DNA of 26,851 bases from Tannerella sp. (GCA_031262895.1 JAISGW010000070.1:1-26851); one strand, 5' to 3'. Positions 9,167 through 18,168 are shown, numbered from the stretch's first letter. Notes: generated by a model not told the origin, from the sequence alone. Translations and numbers: made by a program.

Positions 9167-9373
9167 CACCCTCCTTCCTTTCTCCAGCCGCCTTGAAACC
9201 GCGTTACACGTATGTAACGGCACTTCAAGAGGTCTTGAAACCGCGTTGCACGCATGTAATGGCATTTCCAGCCGTCTTGAAACCGCGTTACACGCATGTA
9301 AAGGCACTCCCAGCCGTCTTGAAACGGCTTTGCACGCATGTAATGGCACTTCAAGACGGCTGGGAAAAGGGTG
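9167..9373. repeat. Intergenic 42-bp tandem repeat (4 copies plus partial) within imperfect terminal inverted repeats; MITE-like
   Basis: Units at 9185-9226, 9227-9268, 9269-9310 and 9311-9352 have consensus cagccgtcttgaaaccgcgttRcacgcatgtaatggcacttc. A perfect 15-bp inverted repeat links cccagccgtcttgaa (9309-9323) and ttcaagacggctggg (9350-9364). The left end (caccct..ttctccagccgccttgaa) mirrors the right end (ttcaagacggctgggaaaagggtg). Confidence 0.9.
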
Positions 9374-9398
9374 AAGCGTGAAGTTGGGCGACTGCCGC

Positions 9399-10583
9399 TT
9401 ATTCCACGAGGGAGGCGATGACGTCGAGGAAGAAAGGGATAGCTGCGCCGCGATGGTCGGCCGCTACTTTTTCGAAGCTGACGTCGGCGCCGCGTGCCGT
9501 GAAGGAATCGTAGGCGCGCTGCGCACAAAGGATGGGAACCAGTTCGTCTTTCGTGCCGTGTACCAGCAACAGCGGAGCCTTAGGTGTCCATGCTATCAGG
9601 CTGTTTTGCTCCATGGAATAGCGCAAAGCTTCCGGCACGGCATCCCCGGAAGCCTCGAAAAAGAGGGGAGCCAGCATATCCGCATTGGTGGCTTTTCCTA
9701 CGGAATCTTCTATTTGCGAAAGCGTGTACTGCTTGCTGAGGAGCCATTCCTTGTAGTGGCTCAGCAGCGGCTCGCGGAAGAGCGTGCGGTAATCCAAATT
9801 CAAACGGTCGCCATCGTTCAGCCCGATGATGGCCATGGCCGTAGTAGGGGAAAAGGCGGCCTTTGGCGATTGGTTCAAGGCGTCAAAGATGACGGATAAG
9901 TCGTAAGGCCCGCCGCCGGCCATCACCTTTTTAATAGGTATGGCATCCGCATAGCTCTCCTCGGCGACCTTCTGCACGGCGAGTGCGGCCTGGCCTCCCT
10001 GCGAATATCCGACGATGAAGATGGAGTCGGGCAAGGGCAGGCCTATCCCCTTCATGTACTCCCTGGCGGCAAAGAGCATGTCGATAGAAGCCCGTGCCGT
10101 GCTTTCCAGATGCATATAGGGATGTATCCTGTCGGCGCTGGCGCCGTATCCTATATAATCAGGCGAGACCACCGCATAGCGGAAGATGGAGCAAAACGAG
10201 CTTGTTGCCTGCATGGCCACGGATGGCGCTTCTTCGTTGGAGCAGATGGTAGGATGCTCGGCCAGCACAAGGCCTTTGATGCGGCCGTCTTGCGGATAGC
10301 TGATAATACCCGAGGCGATGATGCTGTCACCCGAAGCGGGGTCAACGGTGTGGTATCTGATGGCGTCGATGCGCAGGTCCACTTTGGTATTTAAGGCGTC
10401 CGCATATCCCTGGCCGATGATGCCGGCAATGAAGTCATGCCCGTTATAATCCTTTGTGGCGATCTTGGATTCAAAATACGTATGCGCATTGTTGACGGGG
10501 TAATCGTTACCGTTTTCCTCGGAACAGGCCGTAAAGAATAGGGCTGCCACCCAGAGAAAACCCGATTTCGAAAGCATATTCAT
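9399..10583 (-). CDS. Lipoprotein alpha/beta-hydrolase (secretory lipase/esterase-like)
   Basis: Lipobox LFFTA-C, nucleophile elbow GYSQGG, DYIGYG, and candidate acid/His residues in HGTKDELVP and ADH. Confidence 0.85.
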   Translation of the reverse strand: MNMLSKSGFLWVAALFFTACSEENGNDYPVNNAHTYFESKIATKDYNGHDFIAGIIGQGYADALNTKVDLRIDAIRYHTVDPASGDSIIASGIISYPQDGRIKGLVLAEHPTICSNEEAPSVAMQATSSFCSIFRYAVVSPDYIGYGASADRIHPYMHLESTARASIDMLFAAREYMKGIGLPLPDSIFIVGYSQGGQAALAVQKVAEESYADAIPIKKVMAGGGPYDLSVIFDALNQSPKAAFSPTTAMAIIGLNDGDRLNLDYRTLFREPLLSHYKEWLLSKQYTLSQIEDSVGKATNADMLAPLFFEASGDAVPEALRYSMEQNSLIAWTPKAPLLLVHGTKDELVPILCAQRAYDSFTARGADVSFEKVAADHRGAAIPFFLDVIASLVE

Positions 10584-10591
10584 CTCTTTTT

Positions 10592-13564
10592 CTAAGGCTG
10601 AACCGAAGTAGGTTTACGTACGAAGCCTATGCTTTTGCGGCCGTCCATCTGGATGAGCAGGGGCGCGTCGAAATGCACAAGCCGCAGATGGGCGGTCTCC
10701 GTCCGGGCGGGCAGTTCGTCGAGATAATCCTCGTCGAAGCGCCCTTCCTTTTTAGAAGGGTTGATGGTGAAATAGCCGACGCCGAGCGAGGTGAGATTCT
10801 GGAAGAAATGGGTTCCCTGGCTGGGGTCAACCCGGTAATTGTCCAAGCCCTCTTCCACGATGAGGCGGGCATTGCCGATTTGCGGCCATTTGACGGGGAT
10901 GCCAAGCCAAGGGTCGCTGCTGCCCCAGCGTCCGGGACCTACGAGGACGTAGCCCCGTCCTTCGGCGGCGAGCTGCCGGTTCAGCGCCTCCAATTCGGCG
11001 GCGATGGCGGAATTGTCTGCCGAATCGAAGGGGGCGGATTTCACATAAACAATATCGCAGACGTCGTTCACTTGTCCATGTCCCAGCGCCTGGGTAGAGA
11101 AGACAATCGTATCCTCGAGCTGGACGCTTTCCAAATCATCGCCCGTATCCGACTTGGCATCCACGACGGGACGGATTTGCAGGAGGAAGAAATCCGCCTT
11201 GTCCGGCTGTTCCGGACGGATGTTCATGGCAAATTCTATCTCCACCGGGCGCCCCATGTCGGTCTGGCTGATGCCGAGGATTTCATCGAGCGTAGAAGCC
11301 AGGGGGAAGGATTCGTTCTGAAGGATGTTGGCGAAGGTGACGAGCTTGCGGCTGTTGCCGGGATAATAGCCGTCGCGTATGATGCGGTCGTTGGCGTCGT
11401 AAGTGGAAGCCACGTAGCGGAGGGAGCCGTCGGCCTCGGCCTCCTTGAGCGGCAGGCGGAGCAGGTTGAAGGAATCGTCCACGGCCACGTTTTCCGTCAG
11501 GTCGTTCAAGTCGAGGGCGTAGAAGCGGGTCTGCGTTTCCTTCAACGCGTATTCGGGCTGGCTGGTCTGGAGGATATTGTGCGGATGCCGGGGAGAAAAG
11601 CGCAGACCGATGCCGCCGTCGACGATGTATTTGCCCAGCCCGAGGGCGATGTGGGCAATGCCGTCTTCCGGCCTTTCGTTGCCTATGGGGTAGAAATTGA
11701 GCGAACGGGCCACGCCGGAAAGCGTGGGATAGAAGCGGCCGCCATAGTCGGTACCGATGGTCTCCTGCAAGACGACGCCCATCTTTTCCTGGTCGATGAG
11801 GTTAGATGTCAGCATCATATAAGCCTTGCTGTCGCGGTAGAAAACCGAGGCATAAACACCCTTGATGGCATCGGACAGGCAACGCAGCATTTCATACTTG
11901 TCGTTGTTTTTCGGCACCATATAAGTGGAGTAGACGCCGGCGAAGGGCTGGTAATGCGAGTCTTCCAGCAGGCTGGAGGAACGGACGGCGATAGGCCCCT
12001 TGACCACGTCGATGAAAGCCATCAAGTCCTCCGCCAGGGCTTCCGGCAGGCGGGCGCGCTGGAAATAATGGAGGATGGCCTCGTTGTCGAGGTCTTTCAA
12101 GGCTACGGAATAAAGGTCGTTCGTTTCCATGAACTCGTCGAAGATGTCGGTGCACATGACTACCGTCTTGGGAATGTTCACCGCGAAATTCTCCTTTTCC
12201 AATTCGGGATGCAGCTTCACTAAGGCGCCGATAAAGGCTAAGCCGCGTCCCTTGCCGCCCAGCGAGCCTTCGCCGATGCGGGCGAAGTTGCTGTATTCGT
12301 CGAAGCGTTCCTTCTGATAAATGGCCACCACGCCGGCATTCTTCATACGGCGATACTGGACGATGAGGTCGAAGATGAGCTGCCTGGCCTCGTCCATGTC
12401 CTTATAGTCGCTCACGTCGACATCCTTAAGGATTTCGGCCGGCGGAAACATGGCTCGGGAATAGAAGAAGCGGGAAAAATGGTTTTGCGAGAGGTGGTAG
12501 ACTAAGGAGTCATCGGGGATTTGGAAGATTTTCTTTTGCAGGTCCTTCAAATCCTTGATGCGCATGATTTCCTCTTTGGTATGGGGGTTGATGATAACGA
12601 AGTCGCCGAAACCAAAGCGTTCCATGATTTTCTTCTTCAAATCCTGCGGATAGGTTTTGGAGTTCTTGTCGATAAAGGAAGCGCCCAACTCGGCGGCGTA
12701 GACGTCGTTGGAAGATTCGGAAGATTCCAGCACGAAGGGGATGGTTCGACCGCTCTTGCGCACATAACGGCCGAACATATAGCCGGCAAAGGGATCCTTC
12801 TGGCCGTCGCGCATGAAGCTCATGTCGGAAACGACACCCAGCATATTGTCCCTGTAACGGTCGAAGATTTCGACGGCCTCTTCATAAGAGCGGGCCAGCA
12901 TGATTTTCGGACGTCCCCTCATGCGCAGGGTGCGTTGGTGGTCGTTGAGCGCTTCTTTGGCGAACTCCTTGCTTTGTTCCAGCACGAAGCGGTAGAGATG
13001 CGGCAGTGCGGAGGAGTAAAAGCGGATGGAATCCTCCACGAGGAGGATAATTTGCACGCCCACGCTTTCCGCGTCGTCGGGCAGGTTCATCCGGTCTTCC
13101 ACCAATTTGATGATGGCCAGCAGCAGTTCCGAGTCGCCCAGCCAACTGAACACGTAGTCTATGGCGCTCAGGTCTTCCCCTTCGATTTGTTTGGAGACTT
13201 CCTTGGAAAAAGGGGTAAGCACCACGATGGGCGTATGGGGATACTGGCGTTTGATTTCGGTGGCGGCGGCGAAGATGTCGCGGTCGGCCATGTTCGGCAT
13301 GCAGATAATCAGCTCGTAATTGAGCTTCTTGAGTTCCTGTAAGGCTTCGGCTTCGGTAGTGACCTGCGTGAAGCGGGGCGGATAGCGCAGGCTCAGGGAA
13401 ATGTATTCGTTGAATATCTGTTCGTCGACACGGCCGTCGTCTTCCAGCATAAAGGCATCGTATTTGGTGGCTATAAGCAGCACGTTGAAAATCCGCTTGT
13501 TCATTAGGTTGGCGAAAGAAGTGTCTTTCAGCACAAGATGTTTGAAATCCGGTATCTTACCCAT
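10592..13564 (-). CDS. PEP-synthase/pyruvate-phosphate-dikinase-like ATP-grasp protein with N-terminal receiver-like domains
   Basis: ATP-grasp motifs LGGKGRGLAF, AVRSSSLLEDSHYQPFAGVYST and EIEFAM..FFLLQIRP. REC motifs IILLVEDS, GVVSDMSF and FIDK. The start was moved from 13639 to ATG 13564 (MGKIPDFKHL) because a promoter -7 element lies at 13587-13594, inside the track's longer ORF. Confidence 0.85.
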   Translation of the reverse strand: MGKIPDFKHLVLKDTSFANLMNKRIFNVLLIATKYDAFMLEDDGRVDEQIFNEYISLSLRYPPRFTQVTTEAEALQELKKLNYELIICMPNMADRDIFAAATEIKRQYPHTPIVVLTPFSKEVSKQIEGEDLSAIDYVFSWLGDSELLLAIIKLVEDRMNLPDDAESVGVQIILLVEDSIRFYSSALPHLYRFVLEQSKEFAKEALNDHQRTLRMRGRPKIMLARSYEEAVEIFDRYRDNMLGVVSDMSFMRDGQKDPFAGYMFGRYVRKSGRTIPFVLESSESSNDVYAAELGASFIDKNSKTYPQDLKKKIMERFGFGDFVIINPHTKEEIMRIKDLKDLQKKIFQIPDDSLVYHLSQNHFSRFFYSRAMFPPAEILKDVDVSDYKDMDEARQLIFDLIVQYRRMKNAGVVAIYQKERFDEYSNFARIGEGSLGGKGRGLAFIGALVKLHPELEKENFAVNIPKTVVMCTDIFDEFMETNDLYSVALKDLDNEAILHYFQRARLPEALAEDLMAFIDVVKGPIAVRSSSLLEDSHYQPFAGVYSTYMVPKNNDKYEMLRCLSDAIKGVYASVFYRDSKAYMMLTSNLIDQEKMGVVLQETIGTDYGGRFYPTLSGVARSLNFYPIGNERPEDGIAHIALGLGKYIVDGGIGLRFSPRHPHNILQTSQPEYALKETQTRFYALDLNDLTENVAVDDSFNLLRLPLKEAEADGSLRYVASTYDANDRIIRDGYYPGNSRKLVTFANILQNESFPLASTLDEILGISQTDMGRPVEIEFAMNIRPEQPDKADFFLLQIRPVVDAKSDTGDDLESVQLEDTIVFSTQALGHGQVNDVCDIVYVKSAPFDSADNSAIAAELEALNRQLAAEGRGYVLVGPGRWGSSDPWLGIPVKWPQIGNARLIVEEGLDNYRVDPSQGTHFFQNLTSLGVGYFTINPSKKEGRFDEDYLDELPARTETAHLRLVHFDAPLLIQMDGRKSIGFVRKPTSVQP

Positions 13565-13586
13565 AATCCATTGTGATTTAATGGGG

Positions 13587-13594
13587 CAAAAATA
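13587..13594 (-). promoter_or_regulatory. Bacteroidetes -7 promoter element TATTTTTG
   Basis: Exact TAnnTTTG match 22 nt upstream of ATG 13564; no clear -33 element. Confidence 0.6.
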
Positions 13595-13615
13595 CGGGTT
13601 TCCGGGGATTTCCTC

Positions 13616-13623
13616 TACCTTTG
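13616..13623 (+). promoter_or_regulatory. Bacteroidetes -7 promoter element TACCTTTG
   Basis: Exact TAnnTTTG match 28 nt upstream of ATG 13652; no clear -33 element. Confidence 0.6.
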
Positions 13624-13651
13624 CGCGGTTATAAGGCAAATTGTATGTTGT

Positions 13652-14563
13652 ATGGATAATACGGAAGACAAAGAGAACAAACGGGTAAACAAACTGAGCC
13701 TACTGATTATGGCTGTTATCGTGCTCCTCGTATTGCTGGCGGGAGGCGTCTATTATATCATCCATCAAAAACGGGAGATGAGCGGATTGGTGGAGACCTT
13801 TGACCTGGAAAAGGAATCGCTGGAAGACGATTACAACCAATTATCGCTCCAATATGAAGGATTCAAGTTTCAAGTGGGGAACGATTCCCTCCTGCAACGC
13901 CTGAACACGGAACAAGCCAAAGTGCAACGCCTGATGGAAGAGTTGCGCACGGTAAAGGCCACGAACGCCAGACGTATCGGACAATATAAACGGGAATTGG
14001 AAACCCTGCGCAAAATCATGCGCAACTATGTGGTGCAGATTGACTCGCTCAACCAGGCAAACGCCCGCCTGACCAAAGAAAAAGACCAGGCCGTCAGACG
14101 CTACAACCGCGCCAACAACCAAGCCGTCAAACTGAGCAAGGAACTGGAAAAGCAAACCGAAAGAGTGACTTTGGCCAGCCGACTCGACGCTTCAAACATC
14201 AGCGTAACCCCCGTCAACGGGCGAGGCCGCAAGGTGAAACATATCAAACAGATGCAACAGTTCGTCGTCAGTTTCACCATTGCCAAGAACATCACCGCCC
14301 CCACGGGCGAGAAAACCATTTACGTCCGTATCATGAAGCCCGACGACGACATTCTTGTCAAAAACCGGGGGAATGTCTTTCCCTTTGAAGGCAAAGAAAT
14401 CAACTATTCCATGAAGAAACTCGTGGAATATGACGGCGACGAACTGGCCGTTACCATGTATTGGGACATAGAAGAATATCTTTTGCCGGGCACTTACCGG
14501 GCCGACATCTTCGCCGACGGCAATTTGATTGGGAAAAAGGAATTCATCCTGCAAGATAAATAA
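13652..14563 (+). CDS. Conserved Bacteroidetes hypothetical membrane protein (single N-terminal TM, coiled coil, C-terminal beta-rich domain)
   Basis: Hydrophobic stretch LSLLIMAVIVLLVLLAGGVYYII, a long heptad-rich region (about aa 45-175) and a beta-strand-rich C-terminus (FVVSFTIAKNITAPTGEKTIYVRIMKPD...YWDIEEYLLPGTYRADIFADGNLIG). Confidence 0.85.
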   Translation: MDNTEDKENKRVNKLSLLIMAVIVLLVLLAGGVYYIIHQKREMSGLVETFDLEKESLEDDYNQLSLQYEGFKFQVGNDSLLQRLNTEQAKVQRLMEELRTVKATNARRIGQYKRELETLRKIMRNYVVQIDSLNQANARLTKEKDQAVRRYNRANNQAVKLSKELEKQTERVTLASRLDASNISVTPVNGRGRKVKHIKQMQQFVVSFTIAKNITAPTGEKTIYVRIMKPDDDILVKNRGNVFPFEGKEINYSMKKLVEYDGDELAVTMYWDIEEYLLPGTYRADIFADGNLIGKKEFILQDK

Positions 14564-14582
14564 GGAAAGGAAATGATATGTA

Positions 14583-15938
14583 ATGAACCGCTTGGCAATT
14601 ATCATCTACCTGTTTGGAACCGTTTTTTGCTGCCGCGCCACCGGGCTTTCCGCCCAAGAGAAATTGACGCTTGAGGCCTGCCGGGAAAAGGCCATCCAAA
14701 ACAACAAAGAGTTGCGCATCTCCACCGCACGCCAGCGCATAGCCGCCGACGAACAGAAGCGCGCCTTCACGAAATACTTCCCGGAGATTTCGGCTACCGG
14801 AGCTTATCTCTGGAATCAAAAAGACCTGCAATTGGTCGACCCTGCCGCATTGGGCGCCGCCGCCACGCTGCTGCCGAACCTGGCCGACATCTTCCATTTA
14901 GACATAAGGAACATCTGGATAGGCGGCATCAATTTGGTGCAGCCCGTCTTCATGGGCGGGCAAATCGTCGATGCGAACCGCCTGGCCGCCTACGCGAAGG
15001 AGCTGGCCGCGGCGCAGCACGACACTCAATTGCAGGAGGTCATTTACGCTACCGACCAGGCCTATTGGCAGGTGGTTTCCTTGGTGAACAAGAAAAAGCT
15101 GGCCGACGCTTACGTGCAGTTACTGCAAAAAATGCAGGGCGACATGGACGCCATGATAGCGGAAGGCGTGGCCACCCAGGCCGACGGCCTGTCGGTGCGG
15201 GTGAAACTCAACGAGGCGCAAACGGCGCAGACGAAAGTGGAGAACGGGCTGTCCCTCTCACGCATGGCGCTGGCACAAGTCTGCGGCATGCCGCTCGACA
15301 CCCTTTTTACCTTGGCCGACGAGCAGTTAGACAGCTTGCCCGAAGCAAACAGTCCCCTCTTCTTCCCGCCCGGTACCTTTTTGAATCGTCCGGAGTTGAG
15401 GAGTTTGGAACTGGCCGCCCGTATTTACAAGAAGAAGGAAGACATGGAACTGGGCAAGCTGTTACCCAGCGTGGCATTCGGCGCCAGCTACCTCATCACG
15501 AATCCGAACTTGGACAACGGCTACAAAACAAAATTCAGCGGCATGTTCCATCTGGGCGTCTTGCTGAGCGTCCCCCTTTCGGGCTGGTGGGAAGGTGCTT
15601 ACAAGCGTAACGCGGCACGGGCACAAACGCTCATCGCCCGCTTGGAATATGAGAACGCGCGCGACAAGATAGCCTTGCAAGCCCGCCAGTCCTCCTATCA
15701 ATTGGAAGAAGCAGGCAAACGCCTGAAAGCGGCCGACCGCAACATGGAAAGCGCCGAAGAAAACCTGCAACATGCGGAGGCCGGCTTCACCGAAGGTGTC
15801 ATCCCGGCCCTGAACCTGATGGAGGCACAGACGGCTTGGGTAGGCGCTTCTTCCGAACGGATAGACGCCCAAATCGGCCTGCGTCTGGCCAAAGTCTATC
15901 TGGCCAAGGCCATGGGGCAACTCGGGGTAGACAAATAA
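14583..15938 (+). CDS. TolC-family outer membrane efflux protein
   Basis: Signal peptide followed by KLTLEACREKAIQNN, YFPEISATG, LVQPVFMGG, RPELRSLE, GVLLSVPLSGW and GFTEGVI..LNLMEAQ; 451 aa. Confidence 0.93.
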   Translation: MNRLAIIIYLFGTVFCCRATGLSAQEKLTLEACREKAIQNNKELRISTARQRIAADEQKRAFTKYFPEISATGAYLWNQKDLQLVDPAALGAAATLLPNLADIFHLDIRNIWIGGINLVQPVFMGGQIVDANRLAAYAKELAAAQHDTQLQEVIYATDQAYWQVVSLVNKKKLADAYVQLLQKMQGDMDAMIAEGVATQADGLSVRVKLNEAQTAQTKVENGLSLSRMALAQVCGMPLDTLFTLADEQLDSLPEANSPLFFPPGTFLNRPELRSLELAARIYKKKEDMELGKLLPSVAFGASYLITNPNLDNGYKTKFSGMFHLGVLLSVPLSGWWEGAYKRNAARAQTLIARLEYENARDKIALQARQSSYQLEEAGKRLKAADRNMESAEENLQHAEAGFTEGVIPALNLMEAQTAWVGASSERIDAQIGLRLAKVYLAKAMGQLGVDK

Positions 15939-15979
15939 TCAACATCGATTATCCCTAATCATATAATAAAACATATCGA

Positions 15980-16993
15980 ATGGAAGAGGAAAGGAAATTT
16001 TCAAGCAACAACCTTCTGCTGGCCATCGGGGGCTTGCTGCTGGTCGTGGCCTTGGTGGCCGTAGCCGGATTCTTCTTGTTGACGCCGCCCGACGATTTCG
16101 TCATGGGACAGGCGGAGGCCACCCAGGTGCGCATCTCGAGCAAGGTGCCCGGGCGCGTAGCCGCCTATTACCATGCCGAAGGCGACCGGGTGCGGAAAGG
16201 GGACAGCTTGGTGCGGCTGAACATACCCGACATACAAGCCAAACTGTTACAGGCTGAAGCCCTGCGCCGGGCAGCCGAAGCGCAGGACGCGAAGGCGCTG
16301 GCCGGTGCACGCAGGCAGGAGATTACCGGCGCCTACGAGCTTTGGCAAAAGGCAAAGGCCGGCCTCGACATAGCGGCGAAGTCGTACCACCGGGCACAGA
16401 ACCTGTTCGCCAAAGGGGTAGTCCCCGCCCAGAAGCGCGACGAGGCCGAGGCCAATTACAAAGCCATGCAGGCCACCGAGAAGGCGGCCCATTCGCAATA
16501 CGACCTGGCTGTTGCGGGCGCCCGTCGCGAAGACAAGGAAGCCGCCGCCGCCTTAGTCAGCCAGGCCTCGGGCGCCGTGGCCGAGGCAGAGTCGTATGTC
16601 AACGAGAGCCTGCTCCGCTCGCCCATCGACGGAGAGGTGTCGGAACGTTACCCGCAGCCGGGCGAGCTGGTCGGCTCCGGGGCGCCGATTATGGACATCA
16701 CCGACCTGAACGACCAGTGGGTCAGCTTCAGCCTGCGCGAAGACCTGTTGCAACATATACACATCGGGACGGAACTCCGGGCGTTCATCCCCGCCCTCGG
16801 CAAGAAGGAGGTCCGCCTGAAGGTCTATTATATGAAAGACATGGGCAGCTATGCCGTCTGGCGGGCGACGAAAACCACCGGCGGCTTCGACGCCAAGACC
16901 TTCGAGCTACGCGCCCGCCCCGAGACGAAAATAGACGGCCTGCGCCCCGGCATGTCGGTCGTCATACCTAAAAAAGGGAATAAGATTTTATGA
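15980..16993 (+). CDS. HlyD-family periplasmic adaptor (membrane fusion protein)
   Basis: N-terminal TM, lipoyl-like halves (VRISSKVPGRV..EGDRVRKGD; LRSPIDGEV), an alpha-hairpin and the C-terminal GLRPGMSV motif. Confidence 0.93.
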   Translation: MEEERKFSSNNLLLAIGGLLLVVALVAVAGFFLLTPPDDFVMGQAEATQVRISSKVPGRVAAYYHAEGDRVRKGDSLVRLNIPDIQAKLLQAEALRRAAEAQDAKALAGARRQEITGAYELWQKAKAGLDIAAKSYHRAQNLFAKGVVPAQKRDEAEANYKAMQATEKAAHSQYDLAVAGARREDKEAAAALVSQASGAVAEAESYVNESLLRSPIDGEVSERYPQPGELVGSGAPIMDITDLNDQWVSFSLREDLLQHIHIGTELRAFIPALGKKEVRLKVYYMKDMGSYAVWRATKTTGGFDAKTFELRARPETKIDGLRPGMSVVIPKKGNKIL

Positions 16994-18168
16994 AGACGGG
17001 GGGCAGGGTCTATGGCCTCGGCTCCATCATGAGGCGGGAGCTGCGGCGGATGCTGGGGCATCCCCTGTACCTGCTTTGCATGCTGGGCGCCCCGCTTTTC
17101 TCCGCCCTCTTCTTCCTGAGCCTGATGCATAAGGGCCTGCCCACCGACCTGCCCTTGGCCGTGGTCGACCTGGACAACTCGGCCGCCTCGCGGGCCTTGG
17201 TGCGGCAGCTCGACGCCTCGCCGCAAGCGAAGGTGCTCTTCACGACCGCCTCTTTCACCCAAGCCCGCATAGAAATGCAGAAGGAGCATATCTACGGCAT
17301 CTTCTGCATCCCCGCGCATTTCGCGACGGAGGCGGCCACGGGCAAGCGGCCGGTGCTGTCCTTCTATACCAACGGTGCCTTCTTCCTGGCGTCCTCCCTG
17401 CTTTTCCGCGACATGAAGACCCTGGCCGAAATGGCCGGTGCCTCGGTAGGCCTGCAGCAGGGGCGGGCCAGAGGCTATACCGACGCGCAAATCATGGGAC
17501 AGCTGCAACCTATCAAAATCGACCTGCACGCCTTGGGTAATCCCTGGCAGAGCTATGCCGTTTACCTCTGCAACGTCATCCTGCCGGGCGTGCTCCAACT
17601 GATGATTTTCCTCATCACCGCCTACAGCATAGGAATGGAAATCAAGCACGGCACGGCCGCCCGCTGGTTGCAGATGGGCGGCGGCTCGATAGCCCGCTGC
17701 CTCGCGGGCAAGCTGCTGCCCCAGACGGGCATCTTCACGCTGGTGGGCTTCACGCTCCTTTCCCTGCTATACGGCTACAACGCCTTCCCGCTGAAAAACG
17801 GCTGGGCACCCATGCTGGCGGCCATGTTCCTGCTGGTGCTGGCCTCGCAGAGTATGGGTGCCTTCATGATAGCCATGCTGCCCACGCCCCGCCTCGGCCT
17901 GAGCTTCGCCAGCCTCTTCGGCATCCTCTCCTTTTCGCTGGCCGGGCTGTCCTTCCCCGTCAGGCAGATGTACCCGAGCATACAGGCCATAGCCGAACTC
18001 TTCCCGCTGCGCCACTATTTCATCATCTACCTTGACCAGGCACTGAGCGGCCGGAGCCTGTTCTATTCCTGGGCGTCCTATTGCAGCCTGGCCGCCTTTC
18101 TCCTGCTGCCCTTCCTGACGGGCAGACGCCTGAAGAAGGCCTTGTTGTACATGAAATACATTCCTTGA
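16990..18168 (+). CDS. ABC-2 type transporter permease (YbhS/YhhJ-like)
   Basis: N-terminal TM, periplasmic domain (LPLAVVDLDNSAASRALVRQLDASP), multiple C-terminal TMs, LAGLSFP and FPLRHY motifs; ATGA overlap with the HlyD gene. Confidence 0.9.
   Translation: MKTGGRVYGLGSIMRRELRRMLGHPLYLLCMLGAPLFSALFFLSLMHKGLPTDLPLAVVDLDNSAASRALVRQLDASPQAKVLFTTASFTQARIEMQKEHIYGIFCIPAHFATEAATGKRPVLSFYTNGAFFLASSLLFRDMKTLAEMAGASVGLQQGRARGYTDAQIMGQLQPIKIDLHALGNPWQSYAVYLCNVILPGVLQLMIFLITAYSIGMEIKHGTAARWLQMGGGSIARCLAGKLLPQTGIFTLVGFTLLSLLYGYNAFPLKNGWAPMLAAMFLLVLASQSMGAFMIAMLPTPRLGLSFASLFGILSFSLAGLSFPVRQMYPSIQAIAELFPLRHYFIIYLDQALSGRSLFYSWASYCSLAAFLLLPFLTGRRLKKALLYMKYIP

Noticed and set aside
9185-9364. CRISPR array interpretation of the 42-bp and 41-bp repeats
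   Set aside because: The units are directly contiguous with no unique spacers, and no cas genes are present.
9091-9528. Small ORFs with 14-aa repeats across the 42-bp array (for example PLHACNAVSRRLE, KCHYMRATRFQD)
   Set aside because: A unit length divisible by 3 gives repeats in every open frame, and several overlapping frames on both strands are open, so there is no evidence for any one being real.
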